From assembly GCA_964106915.2 (NCBI GenBank), contig OZ066929.1: a stretch of 64,000 nucleotides of DNA; one strand, given 5' to 3'. The translations under genes were made by a program, and so were the position numbers. The notes under the pieces were generated by a model, which saw only the letters and a program-made list of their open reading frames with translations, was not told where the DNA came from and did not search any database. This document shows positions 13,611-26,517 of the stretch, piece after piece (the stretch's first letter is position 1; each line of letters starts with the position of its first letter). The DNA comes from Podarcis gaigeae (taxonomy: Eukaryota).

Positions 13611-13739
13611 TCCAAAACTCCCTGGGTCTTTTAGACATAATTTTAGTCCTGCTTATTGTTTTAATCTGTTTTTTAATATCTTGCTACCTTTGGGAGTTTG
13701 TGTTTTCATGATTACTCAGGTTTGAATTACTTGTATTTT

Positions 13740-13741
<2 letters not shown>

Positions 13742-13775
<34 letters not shown>
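13742..13775. repeat. (GT)n microsatellite
   Basis: About 17 GT units. Confidence 0.97.
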
Positions 13776-13778
<3 letters not shown>

Positions 13779-15713
13779 AACCACCATGGGAATTTTATTC
13801 AAAGGTGATATAAAATTAGCTGCAATAAAATGACTAAGCAAAAAAGCTTCCCCACAGTCAACAAAATATACTAGAGTTTTTGAAATTTTAAGCCAGTTGA
13901 AACCTGGGGGATCCTGTTTGAAGGAGTTCCAAGAGTTGTAAATAGAGCAACATTTATCAGGCAGCACCTGTACATCGCTAGAGTTTCCACCCTCCTCCTC
14001 TGCTGCCACTTTTTGAAACAACTATTTGTCCCTGAGATCTGGGTTCATCCACTGCTTGATTAGGAGCTGTCCATGGTCCTTAGATTCCTGTACTGTACTC
14101 GAAAGTGAGATGTCTATGGCTTGGTACTTCCAGAAGATTATAGTCTTTAGGGCAGGAGAGGGGAAACTCTCCTAGATTAGGGTGGCTCTCTAGATAAGGG
14201 TGCTTCAATGTGTGGCCTCAAGGATTTTTTGGGCAGCCCTTGGCAACATTTGATGTCCCCCACCAGTCCTGAACTGCCTTCCCAAAGCCAGCCAGGTAAG
14301 AGAGACTCTGTTAGAGCCCTCCTGCCTTTTCCCCAAAGCTAGCTAGTTTTAAGAAGGAGGTGGGAGAGCTCTGGGACCTTGCCAGAGTCCTGCACCTCCT
14401 TCCTAAAGCCTGGCACCTCGCTTATCCTGTTTTGGGAAGGCAACTGAAGGGCTGGGCAAGGAACATCAAATGTTAGCCTTGCTCCCCAGCCCCACATGAC
14501 AAGGCAGTGTGCAGCCCGTGGGTTCTGCGTCAAAGTAGTCTTGTGGCCCACTTTGTATGAAAAAATTGGGCTACCCTGCTGTAGATGTTGCTGGATTTCA
14601 ACTCCCATCAGTCCCAACCAGCCTGGCCAATGATCATGGATGGTGGGATATATAGTCCATCAACAACCAGGGGAACAAAGGTTCCCCATCCCTGCTTTAG
14701 GCCTTATTTACTAGGCCAATTTATACAACATGCTATCTCATAGTTAAAAACAACAACAGCACACAAGGAATTCCAGTATTTCAGTAATACTTGCTTGCTG
14801 AGCCTCACTAAGTAAAACCTCCAAAAGTCATAGAAAAAAGGGGATTTATAGGAAACTGACAAAACTCAGAGCTGGTTAATTATCCCCCAAGCCAGCTCAT
14901 AATCCTGCCTTCCCAGGGCACTGTTAAAATAATTTCACAGCAGCTAGAAATAAACAGAGATCTATCTAGGTCATCTGCTCATTTCAATGTCACAGCACAA
15001 ATGTCTGTTCAATTAGTGGTGCTATCCTAGGTAAACTACTGTGAGTGGAGGGCTCAGTCCTGTCAATTTTCAATTGCCTGTTTTTCCCCCCTAAATGCTT
15101 ATTGCCATCATCCTGGGGTTTCCACATCTCCCTTCACGCAGACAGAGGAATGGGTGCCAATTAGGTGGGAAAGCATGATGCATTTAGACTATTAATACGC
15201 ACGCTTCCACTTGTGCAACAGAGCTTTCCCCACTCTCCTCCCACCACCCTGAAATTGTGTCAGGGGGGTCAGGAGAACCCCCACTTCAAACACTGTGGGG
15301 AAGCAGGGAAGGGAGGATCATTCCATCTGGAAAGCTGATATGCTTTTGCAAATGGATTGTTTGCAGTAGCACAATGCTGAATTCCACCCTTAGTCATCAC
15401 ACTACAGGGACATCCAGAGACATGTCCACCTTACAGCTGAAGGTAGGCAGGTGGGCCTGTTTCAAAGGCTCATTCCCTTTGGAACACAGATATAATCAGA
15501 AGTGGCCTATTGGCTACCCTTTCCCCAAAAAAGGCTCCCTGTAGACACAGCTCTCCAGTGTTCAGGAGATGCCAAATGCCAAATAGCCTTGAGCAATTTA
15601 ATGACATAATTTCCTCCCTATAGAAAAACCTTGAGGTTTCACAACGCCTGCTGAGTCAGAAGCAATTCTTGAGATTTCAAGCTGAGGTGAAGCTAGCTGG
15701 AAACTATAGGCAA

Positions 15714-15851
15714 CAGTGATGGGGAATCTGTGGCACTCCAGATGTTGCTGAACTCCAATTCCTATCACCCTGACCACTGGGCAATGCTGGCTGGGACTGA
15801 TGAGACCTGGAGTCCAATAACATCTAGAGAGTCATAGGTTGTCCATTCCTG
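15714..15851. mobile_element. ~140-bp palindromic hAT-type MITE
   Basis: CAGTGATGGGGAATCTGTGGCACTCCAGATGTTG…AATAACATCTAGAGAGTCATAGGTTGTCCATTCCTG; inverted arms with CAG…CTG ends. Confidence 0.8.
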
Positions 15852-16101
15852 AAACAGAAGCTTGTAAACAGACACCATTATGGCAGGTGGGGTGGGGTGG
15901 GGCTGCTTCTAAAAACTGTATAGAAGTTTCAGCTAATGGATTTTTAAAGAAAGTAGTAAGATATTTATTTGACTTTTTTTTTTTTACCCACCATTTACCA
16001 CAAGGTCCCAGGGTGGGTCACAGCAATGGGGGGGGGGAGCAATATTAAAACCAGTTTAAAATAAATAAGAATAAAAAACACAGGAAAGTTTCTAAAATAT
16101 A

Positions 16102-16510
16102 CAGTGGGGGGGGGAAGTATTTGATCCCCTGCTAAATTTGCCCGTTTGCCCTCTGACGAAGAAATAATCAATCTATAATTGTAATGGTAGGTTTATTGTA
16201 GCTGTGAGAGACAGAATAACAACAGGAAAACCCCCAGAAACCCAGAAAAGTCAGAGATTGATGTGCATTATAATGAGTGATATAAGTATTTGATCCCCTA
16301 TCAACTGGCCAGATGTCAGGCTACCTGGTATTTTCACTGTACGTAACGAGCTGAGATTAGAAGCACCTGCTGTAAGGGAGAGGTCTTACCTGCAATCCCA
16401 GCTCATTACAGGACCTATATGAAAGACACCTGTTGACAGAAGCAATCAATCCAGCAGATTCCAAACTAGCCACCATGACCAAGACCAAAGAGCTGTCCAA
16501 GGATGTCAGA
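16102..16510 (+). mobile_element. Tc1-like transposon (IR/DR type): left end plus start of transposase, truncated
   Basis: TA|CAGTGGGGG… terminus. Identical 16-bp direct repeats AAGTATTTGATCCCCT at 16115-16130 and 16284-16299. GCCACCATG at 16475 opens MTKTKELSKDVR, a Tc1-family transposase N-terminus, and the similarity then stops. Confidence 0.9.
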
Positions 16511-18424
16511 AAGCTCAGAGGCAGAAAGCACAGATCAGCTGGTGCAGGGGCGGTGTATAATAGGAGAGATGGAGGGGGTGGGACTTTACTTGGAGCAATT
16601 CCATTATCCAAGAGAGACAGCATCATGTCTCTCTCTCTCTGTGAATATTTAATAAAATGCCTTGGTAAGAACTTCTTGTTTTCCCATTTCTGGCAACCAG
16701 CCGTGAGGGAAGGGGATCGGATTCCCTGATGCCTGACACCTATGATAACAAAACTAGAATTAGTTGGCTCTGCCTGTCATTGGTTCTGGCTTCTCCTACT
16801 GTTGACACACACACCCCGGCCTTCCTCCCCAATAGTCTCAGTGAGCCCCAGCCACTACTGTGCACAATTACCAAAAATTAGGCATTCTTCACTCAAACCA
16901 CTTCCAACAATTACGTTTTCATTTTGTTCAGAAATTAGTTCCTTTTCCTTTCCCCCCCTTTTGCAATGCCAGTGAAGAACTAAATAATTCCATGTTACAT
17001 TCCGTTCCAATATAGTGTGTTTTACTGCATGTTTTATGTGGATTTGAAGACAGTAATTTTAAAAATGTTTACTCCAGGGATTACCTTTTTAAAACCTAGA
17101 TTTGCTTCCTTCCCAGAAGACACTTGTAACATGCAGAAGCAGATAATTAGTTCTATGCGATTGCTAGATGTTAGCAGTGCAAATTTACAAAGTGAAAAAT
17201 GCTTTCGCTTCCTAGAGGCCTTGAACTCTGAGCTACCTGGACTTGCTTTGACTGAACTGCAAACAATAACATTTACAGAGAACCAAGGCTGAGGATCTCG
17301 TTTAGTGCCTGGCTCTGTTTGCTGAAATTGTTCTCCTGTAATCTTACAAGAGCACTGTTGTATTGTGTAGCAGAGTATTGATTAGCCACACTTTCCAAGT
17401 TTCCGGAATGTGGATACAAGATAATTTCATTATCTACCTTTGTTTAAATGATAATTTTATTTACTTTGTGTACTGCCACATTGAATCCTGCAAGCAGACG
17501 GTAAAATTCCTGGTAGCATTTTAGCATTTCTGCTAATTTTCAGTGCTCTGTTATGGCTAAGCATGACTCATTTTTGCTACCATTTATACCAGGGGATGGG
17601 GACTCTGAAGCCCGGGGGACAAATGTAGCCCTCTTCGCCTCTCCATCTGATGCTGTAAGGAATAACTACATGTGACTTAATGCCCTTGTTATGTATATAT
17701 GAAAACTGGACCTATATGCAAACCATCCTATTTGTGGGCAGAGAAATTACGGGAACCATTTCATCACCAAAGAGAAATTCTCCAGCAGTTTCTTGATACT
17801 GGGGCTCACCATTAGTAGTGGCAGTAGCTCAGTCCTCTTCTCTCCCCACCCCCAATAAAATATATTTTAAAATGCCAATGCAAAAGGGCAAATGAAAATG
17901 GAGAAGCAATGAAAGTGAAGAGGGCAAGGGGAATATCCTTCATTCCCCACCCTGCCAGTTTCCTTCCTGCACATGCATCTTTTCCCTCTGCATGTTTTGT
18001 TTCAAATAGATTTGTGTTACTTTTCTAATCAGGATATCCCCAAATTGCTTGTTTAAGCATGACTACTGGGTTATGGCTCAGATGCTGGTAACTAACAGGC
18101 TTCTTTAACAGGGCTATATCAGACTCTCTAGCTGGGCTGCAAACACATGCCTGCACAGGGTTTTGCCTAACCCAGAAAAGGGCGAGTGAGAAGGCAGGGT
18201 TGTTTTTAAGAAGTCCTGTATGCCTGAATACAGCACACCCCTCTGCTAAACTGCAGACTGCTTTGAACAGTAGGCCCCTATCTCTCACAAGCAGGAGCCT
18301 GGTTCTCTAAGCAGCATAGGGAGAACATTTTCCAATCAGGGTGCCACCACTGAGAAGGCATTTTTCCCAGCTGCCATTTGTCACAGAATACTTGGCATAA
18401 CGCCTCCAAGCATGAAGGTGCCAT

Positions 18425-18545
18425 TAAGCTTTAGAGCATCTTACTCTCAGGGTTGTGGGTTCAAGTCCCACATTGGGCAAAATATTCCTGCATTGCAAGG
18501 GCTTGGACCCTCATGGTCCCTTCCAATTCTATGATCTAAAGATTC
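18425..18545 (+). mobile_element. Short tRNA-headed SINE with CR1-type 3' tail
   Basis: TAGAGCAT…CTCAGGGTTGTGGGTTCAAGTCCCACATTGGGC (tRNA-Lys-like B box), then GGTCCCTTCCAATTCTATGAT (CR1 terminal motif). Confidence 0.7.
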
Positions 18546-18785
18546 AATGGTACTAAAGCCATAGACTTCCCCCTCCCCCAGGAGTAGATCTTGAATTTAT
18601 TTTATCGTATCACCCCACCCCACCTGATTCATGCCATCCACATTCTAGATCCTCCTCAGTTTCCTTATCCTTCTGTGTTCCAGTTATGGAGAAAAACCTG
18701 AGAATAAAATGACTCTCTGTTTAAAAATCCAGTATACCTTGTTTAGTCCTAGTCCAAGACATTTTGCTGCCTGAAGCAAAAGACA

Positions 18786-18972
18786 AGGGAAGGTGGTTTA
18801 TACCAAATCAGACTATTCATCCATCTAGTTCAATACTGTCAACACATAATAAGAAGTAGTTCTCCTGGGTTTCAGACACAAGTCTTTCCCATTCCTACCT
18901 GGAGATGCTGGGGACTGAACTCGGGATCTTCTGCATACAAAGCAGATACTCTACAGTGCCACTAAGCTATGG
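18786..18972 (-). mobile_element. Squam2-like SINE nested in a hAT-like element
   Basis: …CTACCTGGAGATGCTGGGGACTGAACTCGGGATCTTCTGCATACAAAGCAGATACTCTAC…CACTAAGCTATGG is a reverse tRNA head. Related copies at ~24731-24880, 27260-27330, 42590-42750 and 48092-48410. Confidence 0.7.
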
Positions 18973-19515
18973 ATGTGATGAATGATTATGCCTCTCTCTG
19001 TGTATTGAAGCAGACTGGACTGGAGCTGAATCTTACGTCAGTGCTAGCAATGGAATAGCATTCTCTACTGCACTCAAGAGCAGTAGACTAGCTTAGGAGG
19101 AAGAGCGCAAATTACACGGCACACAAAGTTCCAACAGATCACTGCTGCTCATCACCTCCCAGCAAACATAGCCTGAGGTAGCCATCACATTCTGTTTAAT
19201 GATAGGGCCGGCCCTGCCTAGTTTCTCCATTTCAAAGCAGCTGCTGTGTCCTGTCTCAACCATCTCTCAACCATCCCCACTGAAGGATCTTGTCTAATAG
19301 GGGCAAAGAGGAAACATCTCCTAATTCATGTGTTTTACTACCATTACCCTGAGCCAGAAAGGCATTAACAACCCATCTCCCCAGATGCTTCTTGCCTACA
19401 AGGGGCTTATTCTGTATGACATGTGCAATCTCCTTGTCCTTTACTTAACACCATGGATGATCCATACTCCTCACAAGCATTCCTCTTTAAGACTGCCTAC
19501 TAAAGGCTATTCCAT

Positions 19516-19517
19516 TT

Positions 19518-19571
<54 letters not shown>
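19516..19571. repeat. (TTTC)n microsatellite
   Basis: About 14 TTTC units. Confidence 0.97.
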
Positions 19572-19572
<1 letters not shown>

Positions 19573-19797
19573 GCTACCTATCTGAGTTCTCCCTCAATTG
19601 TGATATTAACAAAGCTTCTTAATGTTGGAACTCAGTTCAGCAGATCAAGAATGACCCCTTTGAGTGCCAGATTGCTTGTTCCTGCTACACACTTTAATGA
19701 AGGGGAGATGAGAGGGAAACAGATGGAACTCAGCACTGACCCCCTCCCAAATGTAAAAAATATCTCACAGAACATGGAGTTCCCCTCACTCAAGATC

Positions 19798-20186
19798 TAG
19801 GGTGGCCACTTATTCATCAATAAACAAGGATACATATTTTCATAATATTTCCACGAGTCAGCTTATATTCATAATTAGAAAAAATGTTCTAATTTAAATA
19901 GAAATACCATACATCTTGGCATAATGGGGGAGACTGACCAGATGAACCTTGTTGTTGTTGATGATGTTATTGTTGTTGCTGATCAATCTAATATTCAAGT
20001 GCTTAGTGTTGATGGGCAACTTCAAGACTCCAGCTGATCTCTCTTCTTAGAGTTCTGTATCTTTAAGCCAAATCAAATGGACCATGTGACCATTCAAATA
20101 GAGGATGCCTTCAATTAGAAGACTCCTTTGACAGCCCTTCAAAGAGAGAACCACTTTCCATTAAATTGAGAGACTTGGCCACCCTA
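19798..20186. mobile_element. Non-autonomous DNA element with TAGGGTGGCCA termini
   Basis: TAGGGTGGCCA at ~19798 and TGGCCACCCTA at ~20176-20186; same terminal class as 57323-57461. Confidence 0.6.
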
Positions 20187-20935
20187 TCAAGGCATAGAGT
20201 AGGATTGGTGAACTTATGTTATTCGTGGACTAGAACTCCAGCCAACCCTAGTCAGCATAATCAATGGCTAGGGATAATAAAAGCTACAATCCAACAACAT
20301 CTGGGATGCCACAGGCTGCCTATCTCTGGACTAGAGGGAATTGATTGATAGTGGTGGCAGCAGCAGCAGTATGCTGCAGTGCTGTGCCTGGCCTTACCAT
20401 CTAGAAAGCCAGACATTTCTTCATAGCAAAATTACTCAATCTCCTGTCCTCTGGAGCCAGTATTCCATACCCTTCCCTCTTTACAACCTGCCCTCTTGAT
20501 TTCTAGTCTCCTGCAACTACATCCTTCTCCTGTAGCATTAATGTCTTGGTGATGACTGTCAGAATTTTCAAGGGCCCATGATAATATGACCTAAGCTGAA
20601 CATGAAAGAAGCACCATATATTTCCATGTATAATACTTTTTTTTAGTATTTTTTTTAGTCCTATACATGGATGGTGAATGCATTAAAAGCTCAACCATTT
20701 TGTGTGATCTTGGGTGTTGGTGGGGCGCACCCAAGGCACCAGCGGGGATTGCTACACTGGTGCCAGTGCTTTGAATATTTAATAAAATATCAGAGTTGAT
20801 CTGGTGGATGTTTAAAATATTGATTTCTTAATTTGGGGTTCAAAAAAATAGGGGTCATCTTATACATTGGGGCATCTTATATTTATAAACATGTAAACTA
20901 TGGTCTACCTGAATATTTCATGGCTCCCTGATCAG
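20175..20935 (+). repeat. Copy 2 of the old local duplication, interrupted by a mariner-type MITE (~20613-20893)
   Basis: Collinear with 2255-2716. The extra ~280 bp (CCATATATTTCCATGTATAA…GTCATCTTATACATTGGGGCATCTTATA) resembles the MITE at 53931-54189 and is absent from copy 1. Confidence 0.7.
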
Positions 20936-21479
20936 GCTTAGCCTGTGTAGAGAAAATTCTTGAGTCTTAATTAAAACCTGGGTTAAGCTCCTTCTAGAAG
21001 GCTAGGAGGAAAACATGGAATGGACTTCTAAACATTATAGTCACCTGGCTTTGGACTCTTATGGCACACATATCTACTCAGAAGTGAGCCACACTAAGTT
21101 CAATGCAACTGACTCTTCAGTAAGTGCATATAAAAAAAATCGAATATAGCCTGGCAACTTGAGCTTTTCCCTGACCCTATTCCATGGAAGCATAACTATT
21201 TAGCTCCAGTCCTGACAAGACTTCCTGTACTCTGGCTTACATTGTCAGTAGCACAACTGCAGACCAGGAATAACTTTGACTCCAGCCAGTATAGCCAATG
21301 GGCAGGCATGATAGGAGTTGGAGTCCAACCACGTCTGAAGGGCCACAGGTTTCACATTCCTGACCCAACATATTTATAATTAGTCCAGGAACATTTAGTG
21401 ATCCCAGATTTTAAATCTCAATAAAAACTGTTAATGAAAAAATATATAGATCTGAATCATAATGCAGCATCCTTGGATT

Positions 21480-21990
21480 TAATTTCATTGCATGAAGGCC
21501 CAAAGAGAGCTTGCGTGACAAGTTGTACTACTTTGGTAGCACTTTAAAAGAACTATCAGTAGTTCATGCCTAATTACTCCTGTATTAGCTAGGTGATTCA
21601 TCAGATCTGATTATGGATGCATAATGAATTTACCAAATCCGTATATATTAGCAAGATTAATTCTATACAAATCCCCACAATTCAGCCATGTGCTATTTGT
21701 TTTTGTCTCGCCTCCCCTCTATTCCTTTTTTATAAGCTAATTAGCTCAAATTATTTGTGTTTGAATAAGGGCTTGAAACACACATAAGGAATGATGAGCT
21801 TCTAAGTAAGTAAATGAAAATGTATGCAGCCTACATTAATTGTGACGGAAGCTTCATAAAGAATTAATATCTTTCAGCCATCTCCGTTTTCCGTCATAAT
21901 AATAGGTCTAATCGAGATGAGTGGGTAAAACAATGCAGAGCCCATCACTAATGCAGCTACACATGGATTACTAAATGAACATCTTTAGGC
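21480..21990. promoter_or_regulatory. Candidate conserved non-coding element / enhancer
   Basis: Repeat-free ~500 bp with more than a dozen TAAT/ATTA sites, the palindrome AGCTAATTAGCT (21735-21746) and retained CpGs. Conservation was not tested. Confidence 0.4.
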
Positions 21991-22489
21991 ACAGTTCCTG
22001 CTTTTGATGTTGTGCACAGCAGAAAGTTTCCCCTTCCGCCTACAGAAAATAAGGCCACTTTTCTCCTAGGAGTTTTCATTGACTTTCTCCTTCTTTCCTC
22101 CTGAGCACACAAGAAGGGTGAGGAATATTCCCTTTAGCCCAAGGTTTGCATTCCCTCATAGGAAATGTGTTTGTGTGTGTGTGTGTGTGTATCTGTGCCT
22201 GTGCATGCCAGTGGTAGGTGAGACCAGGGTCAAAAGAGGGTGGTGCCACAGAGGGTGACTCTTACCTTTAACCAGTAGTCTACATTTTGACCACTCAAAA
22301 GCACCCACCCTACCTACACATATCTCCATCCCCCATTCAAGTAAGCAAGAGGAAGTATCTCAGTATCAGGACACATTCCAGGCAGGCAAAACCAAGGGAG
22401 CAAGATGCGAGAGGGGTATAGTCTAGGGAGAGTATCAGCAGAGGTGGTCTTAGGGTGGTGTGACCGGTGTAGCAGCACTGGCTGCTGTG

Positions 22490-22566
22490 TTGCAGGGGTT
22501 TTCAGTGTTTACTTCCGGGTTTTCAGTGTTTGGGAACCAAGGCGTTTGAGAACCAAGGTACCACTG
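22490..22566. mobile_element. Tigger/pogo-like MITE, right end only
   Basis: …GGGAACCAAGGCGTTTGAGAACCAAGGTACCACTG|TA. Confidence 0.6.
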
Positions 22567-23595
22567 TATATGGAAACTTGGATTCCTCAATTGGAAGACA
22601 GATAGTGACAGATGGACAACAAGAGTGTATTCTGTGTGCTCTTATTTTGGCAAAGAGACATATTGTAAGGCTGGTAGAATAAGCATCCATCATCTACTAT
22701 TTAGTGGCCCGATGATCTCACTGAGTATATGGTTTATAAGATACTTGCTTGGTAATGTGGACTGCTTATATTAATCTAGGATTGATATTGATAGAATATT
22801 TTTACTGTAAATGTTGGGGGGCGATAGAGATCAGGTATATGTGGTTCATGTATCGTTTCAGAAAGTTTGAATTTGGTAGGTTCATCGTTAAATGCAAACT
22901 TAATTGAATTCTCTCCCATTCCTAGCTGGCTGTATTTATTTCCAAATTCTTCCTTGATTTTTGTTATATTTACAAATAAAAATTCAAAGAAGAGGAAGTA
23001 AAAAAAAAAAGTGGTGTGCTGTTCACTTGCTATATTACTTTACCCACAATGTCATTGGTCTTCATGGGAGAGAAGAGCAGAACAGCTAGGGTGGGATGCC
23101 CCCCCCCCAAAAAAATCGCCTTCTCCAGGGTTCCTCCCAACCTGGGCTTGGAATCAAATGTGGCACACCCTATATGAGTCAGGCTCAACAGATGGCTGTG
23201 TGAGTGGAGTCATCTGCTATCAGCCTCTGACGTTTGCATGCACAGGTCCGCAGGGATTTCCATTCCTTTCATTTCCTTGGACCCTTCTTGGCATCTTCTT
23301 CCTTGCAAGCTTTTGTCTACACGAAGATACTGTACTCTGGGCAGCTGGCAGGCCAGCGTTTGCTAACAACAACAAAAAGTCCTTCACATATGCGGCATTG
23401 TTTAGCTCTTATCTATGTTGGCTTTCAGCAACAGAACAAATCAGCTTATGGGGAAGAGGATTCAAATGTAAAGGGATGGCCAAAGGGGGCAGTGGCATGT
23501 GCACAGGATTAAATAAAAGAAGATGGGGGAAAGACAGGACAATAAAGCGTTGAAAGCATATTTTGAGTGTGCGAAGTGTGTTTACTGGATTATAG

Positions 23596-23925
23596 CAAGG
23601 ATGGGAAACCTCAAGTCTGGGGGTCAAATGCAGTCTACATCTGGCTCTTGTGACTCTCCCCAGGATACATCCCACACCAGTCCTGCTTTGCACCATCCTT
23701 GATTGTCTTTGTAATTTTTCCTTGAGATCTGATAATGCTTCTTGCTTCCCTGGATGGAGAATAGAAAGATAGCGGTGTAGAAACTAGCCTACGGTACAGA
23801 GGTAAAGTTCATACTCATTGCTTTGCTTATTCTTGCCTCTGGTATCATCCTCCACTGGCATGTAACCCCCAGAAAGTTGCCTGGAAGGGAATGCAGCCCT
23901 AGGGCTGAAAATGGCTGCCCATTAC
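23596..23925 (+). mobile_element. hAT-like non-autonomous element
   Basis: CAAGGATGGGAAACCTC…GGAATGCAGCCCTAGGGCTGAAAATGGCTGCCC. Reverse-oriented relative at ~59000-59440. Confidence 0.55.
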
Positions 23926-24599
23926 TATTTTAGAAGGAATGAAAACAGGTGTGACACAAAGCAAATCTCTCTGTCTCTCAGTCTCTCCCACACACAACTT
24001 CTCATTTCCATTCATTTGCTGTCAACCCCTCCATACAACTGAGGTTCACCAAAGTGGGTCACTGACAGCTTTGCCAAGGTGCTAAATGCTTCCCTCCTCT
24101 AGTGCCCTGACAATTTTTTTCATGGCAACTTCCTCATTGGAAAGGGGGGAGGGAATGCAATTCCTGCTTTCAACTTGGGCCTGATGAAATGATTTGATTT
24201 AGCAATGGCTAGCCAGGAGTGCGTTGGAGAAGAGTCCCCACGCTAGCATCTACATCAATGCAAATTGTATATGTAATATAATTAAGAGATTAAGGACTTC
24301 AAAGGCTGGTGTCAGGCCTGAAATGTTAAACCTCAAAATGCGGTACTGATGATAGGCCCATTAATGATTTTGATAGAGTGAATTCCATTTGATAGCATTA
24401 ATACATGTGAGTTTTGCAAAGGGATGTGCAAGGCACTGTAGCATGGCAGTTTGCAAGCTGAAAGCAAAGCAAAAGCAGCATTACCCTTGCAAAGCCAGCA
24501 GATACAGCCCTGAATATGCATTGGTGAATGCAAAAGAGTACACCAGACTTTGGCTAATTAAACAATATACAGCCTTCTAAACTGTGCATTGTGGGGGGT

Positions 24600-24720
24600 A
24601 TGTTACTGGGTTTTGTTTGTTACCATGTTCTGCGTTATTGTGTTTTTATATTGTAAACTGCCCTGCAATCCTCAGATGAAGGGCGGTATAGAAATTTATT
24701 TATTTAATTAATTAATTATA
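24600..24720 (+). mobile_element. L2-type LINE 3' end
   Basis: TTGTAAACTGCCCTGCAATCCTCAGATGAAGGGCGGTATAGAAATTTA followed by an AT-rich simple-repeat tail. Confidence 0.7.
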
Positions 24721-26372
24721 ATACCACTTAAGAAAGGAGCTGCCTTGACAGCCCATTGGTGCATCTACCAAGGTATTGTCTACCTTGACTGTCAGAGGCT
24801 TTCCAGGATTTTAGGCAGCAGTCCTGCCCAGCCCTACCAGGAGATGCCACAAAAGGAACCTGGCCCTTCTGCATGAAAAGAGGTGACCCTTCTTCAAATA
24901 CATTTTCGAGTGTATCGCTTGAATTTCAAATGATGGATCTTATTGCTGTGCATCCGACTGCAAAACATCAAACACTTAACCTATTGATCTAGCTTTTCCA
25001 CCCTCAAAATGTGCCATAATTACTCATCATTTACATCTTATTAGGTTTGTGGATGCTTGGAAGCATATGAGAAAACAACTGGGCACACATCACTTTTCTC
25101 CCTCATTCTGTTAAACAGGATATTTGCTTTTCCTGTACAGGTAATATGCAACATAGTATATGCTGTGATATAGAAGGGTTCTTTGCACCTTTTCCTCAAT
25201 TTCCAGTGTTCAGACAATGAGTGTCATTATTATGCAGCCACAACAGTATCACCCATGTAGAAAAAGAAGGTATAAACAAGGAACAACAATGTTTGCAGAA
25301 GCACAAGAAAGGAGGAAAAAGCTCTTAAGTGGTAGAAACCAAAACCAATCCAATGAAGACTAAGCATGTTCATCACACATTTGGTGGACATCTTGTGCTG
25401 GGGTCCCACTTGTGGATTTCCCATAGACATCTGGTTGACCACTATGAGAAGAGGAAGTACAGGCCTAGCTCTCACATCTTCATCCCCTAGATAGATCAAC
25501 AGAACTAGAAGTGGTGATGTGCAAAAAAAAAAGTCCCTTTGTTCCTGCAGATATTTTATACTCCCTGCATATATGACAGCACATCTTATGTTACCCACAA
25601 CTAGCTTAATTTTGTATCATTTTCTGCTCAAAAGCATAGGCATAACTTTTAGCATTATCACTGCTGCACACTACATACACCATTAACTTAACAGCACAAC
25701 TGCGTTGTAACTTTTGCACCCAGTTCCTACATTTTCGCAGATCAAACAGTGGCTAATCTCAGGCCAGTTCCCTGTTTGGAACCCTTCCACTATAACCCTA
25801 CATACAGTTACCAAAGTTTAAGTCAGACTGAAATCAACAGGTCTTACTTCTAAGTAGATTGCACTACTATTAACAGCAACAACAAAAATAAAATGGAGTT
25901 TTTGCTTTGGGAGCAAAACTTACAGATATGCATACCATTTCCTAATTAGAAGTTAGCCATCATAACCTCCCATTATATTTCCATTGCCAGCTTTCTTTGA
26001 GTCCTTCAATATGCATAACACATAATGGAAATGGAGGGGGATAAAACCAAACTTGAACTAAATATATTCATTAATAGATGGTGGCTGGACGTAGCAAAAG
26101 ACTAGCATCTTGTCAAATTTAAATTTCATCATGCATGAACTAGGAACAAGCTCTTTTCTCAAACCATTTAAGTCACCCTTTTGAAAGCAAGCATCAAAGC
26201 ACAAACATATTTTCACCAGTCTGATGTATTTAATTCTGGCAATCAATGCCTGCAGTTAACACACACTGTCATTTTGTTGGGACCTCCCCCCTATTATTTT
26301 TTAATAATGTCAGCACCTGGAGGAGGGGGTGTCAAATCTCACACCTCTGTGACAACATACTTGACCTAAGAC

Positions 26373-26517
26373 CAGTGCTATTTTTCTAGAAAAAGAGGTG
26401 CCGGAACTCACCGTGAACATCTCCCTTGTTTCCTTATTTTCTTATAATGGCAATGGCGCCCACATGAGAGGTAGTGGAACTGAGTTCCAGTGAGTTCTGG
26501 CTGGAAAAAAATCCCTG
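26373..26517. mobile_element. hAT MITE with 8-bp TSD
   Basis: Termini CAGTGCTATTTTTCTAG / CTGGAAAAAAATCCCTG. Perfect TSD CCTAAGAC at 26365-26372 and 26518-26525. Confidence 0.9.

Noticed and set aside
23011-23553. 180-aa ORF
   Set aside because: Non-ATG start, no recognisable domain and no convincing splice context; composition is typical of random non-coding DNA.
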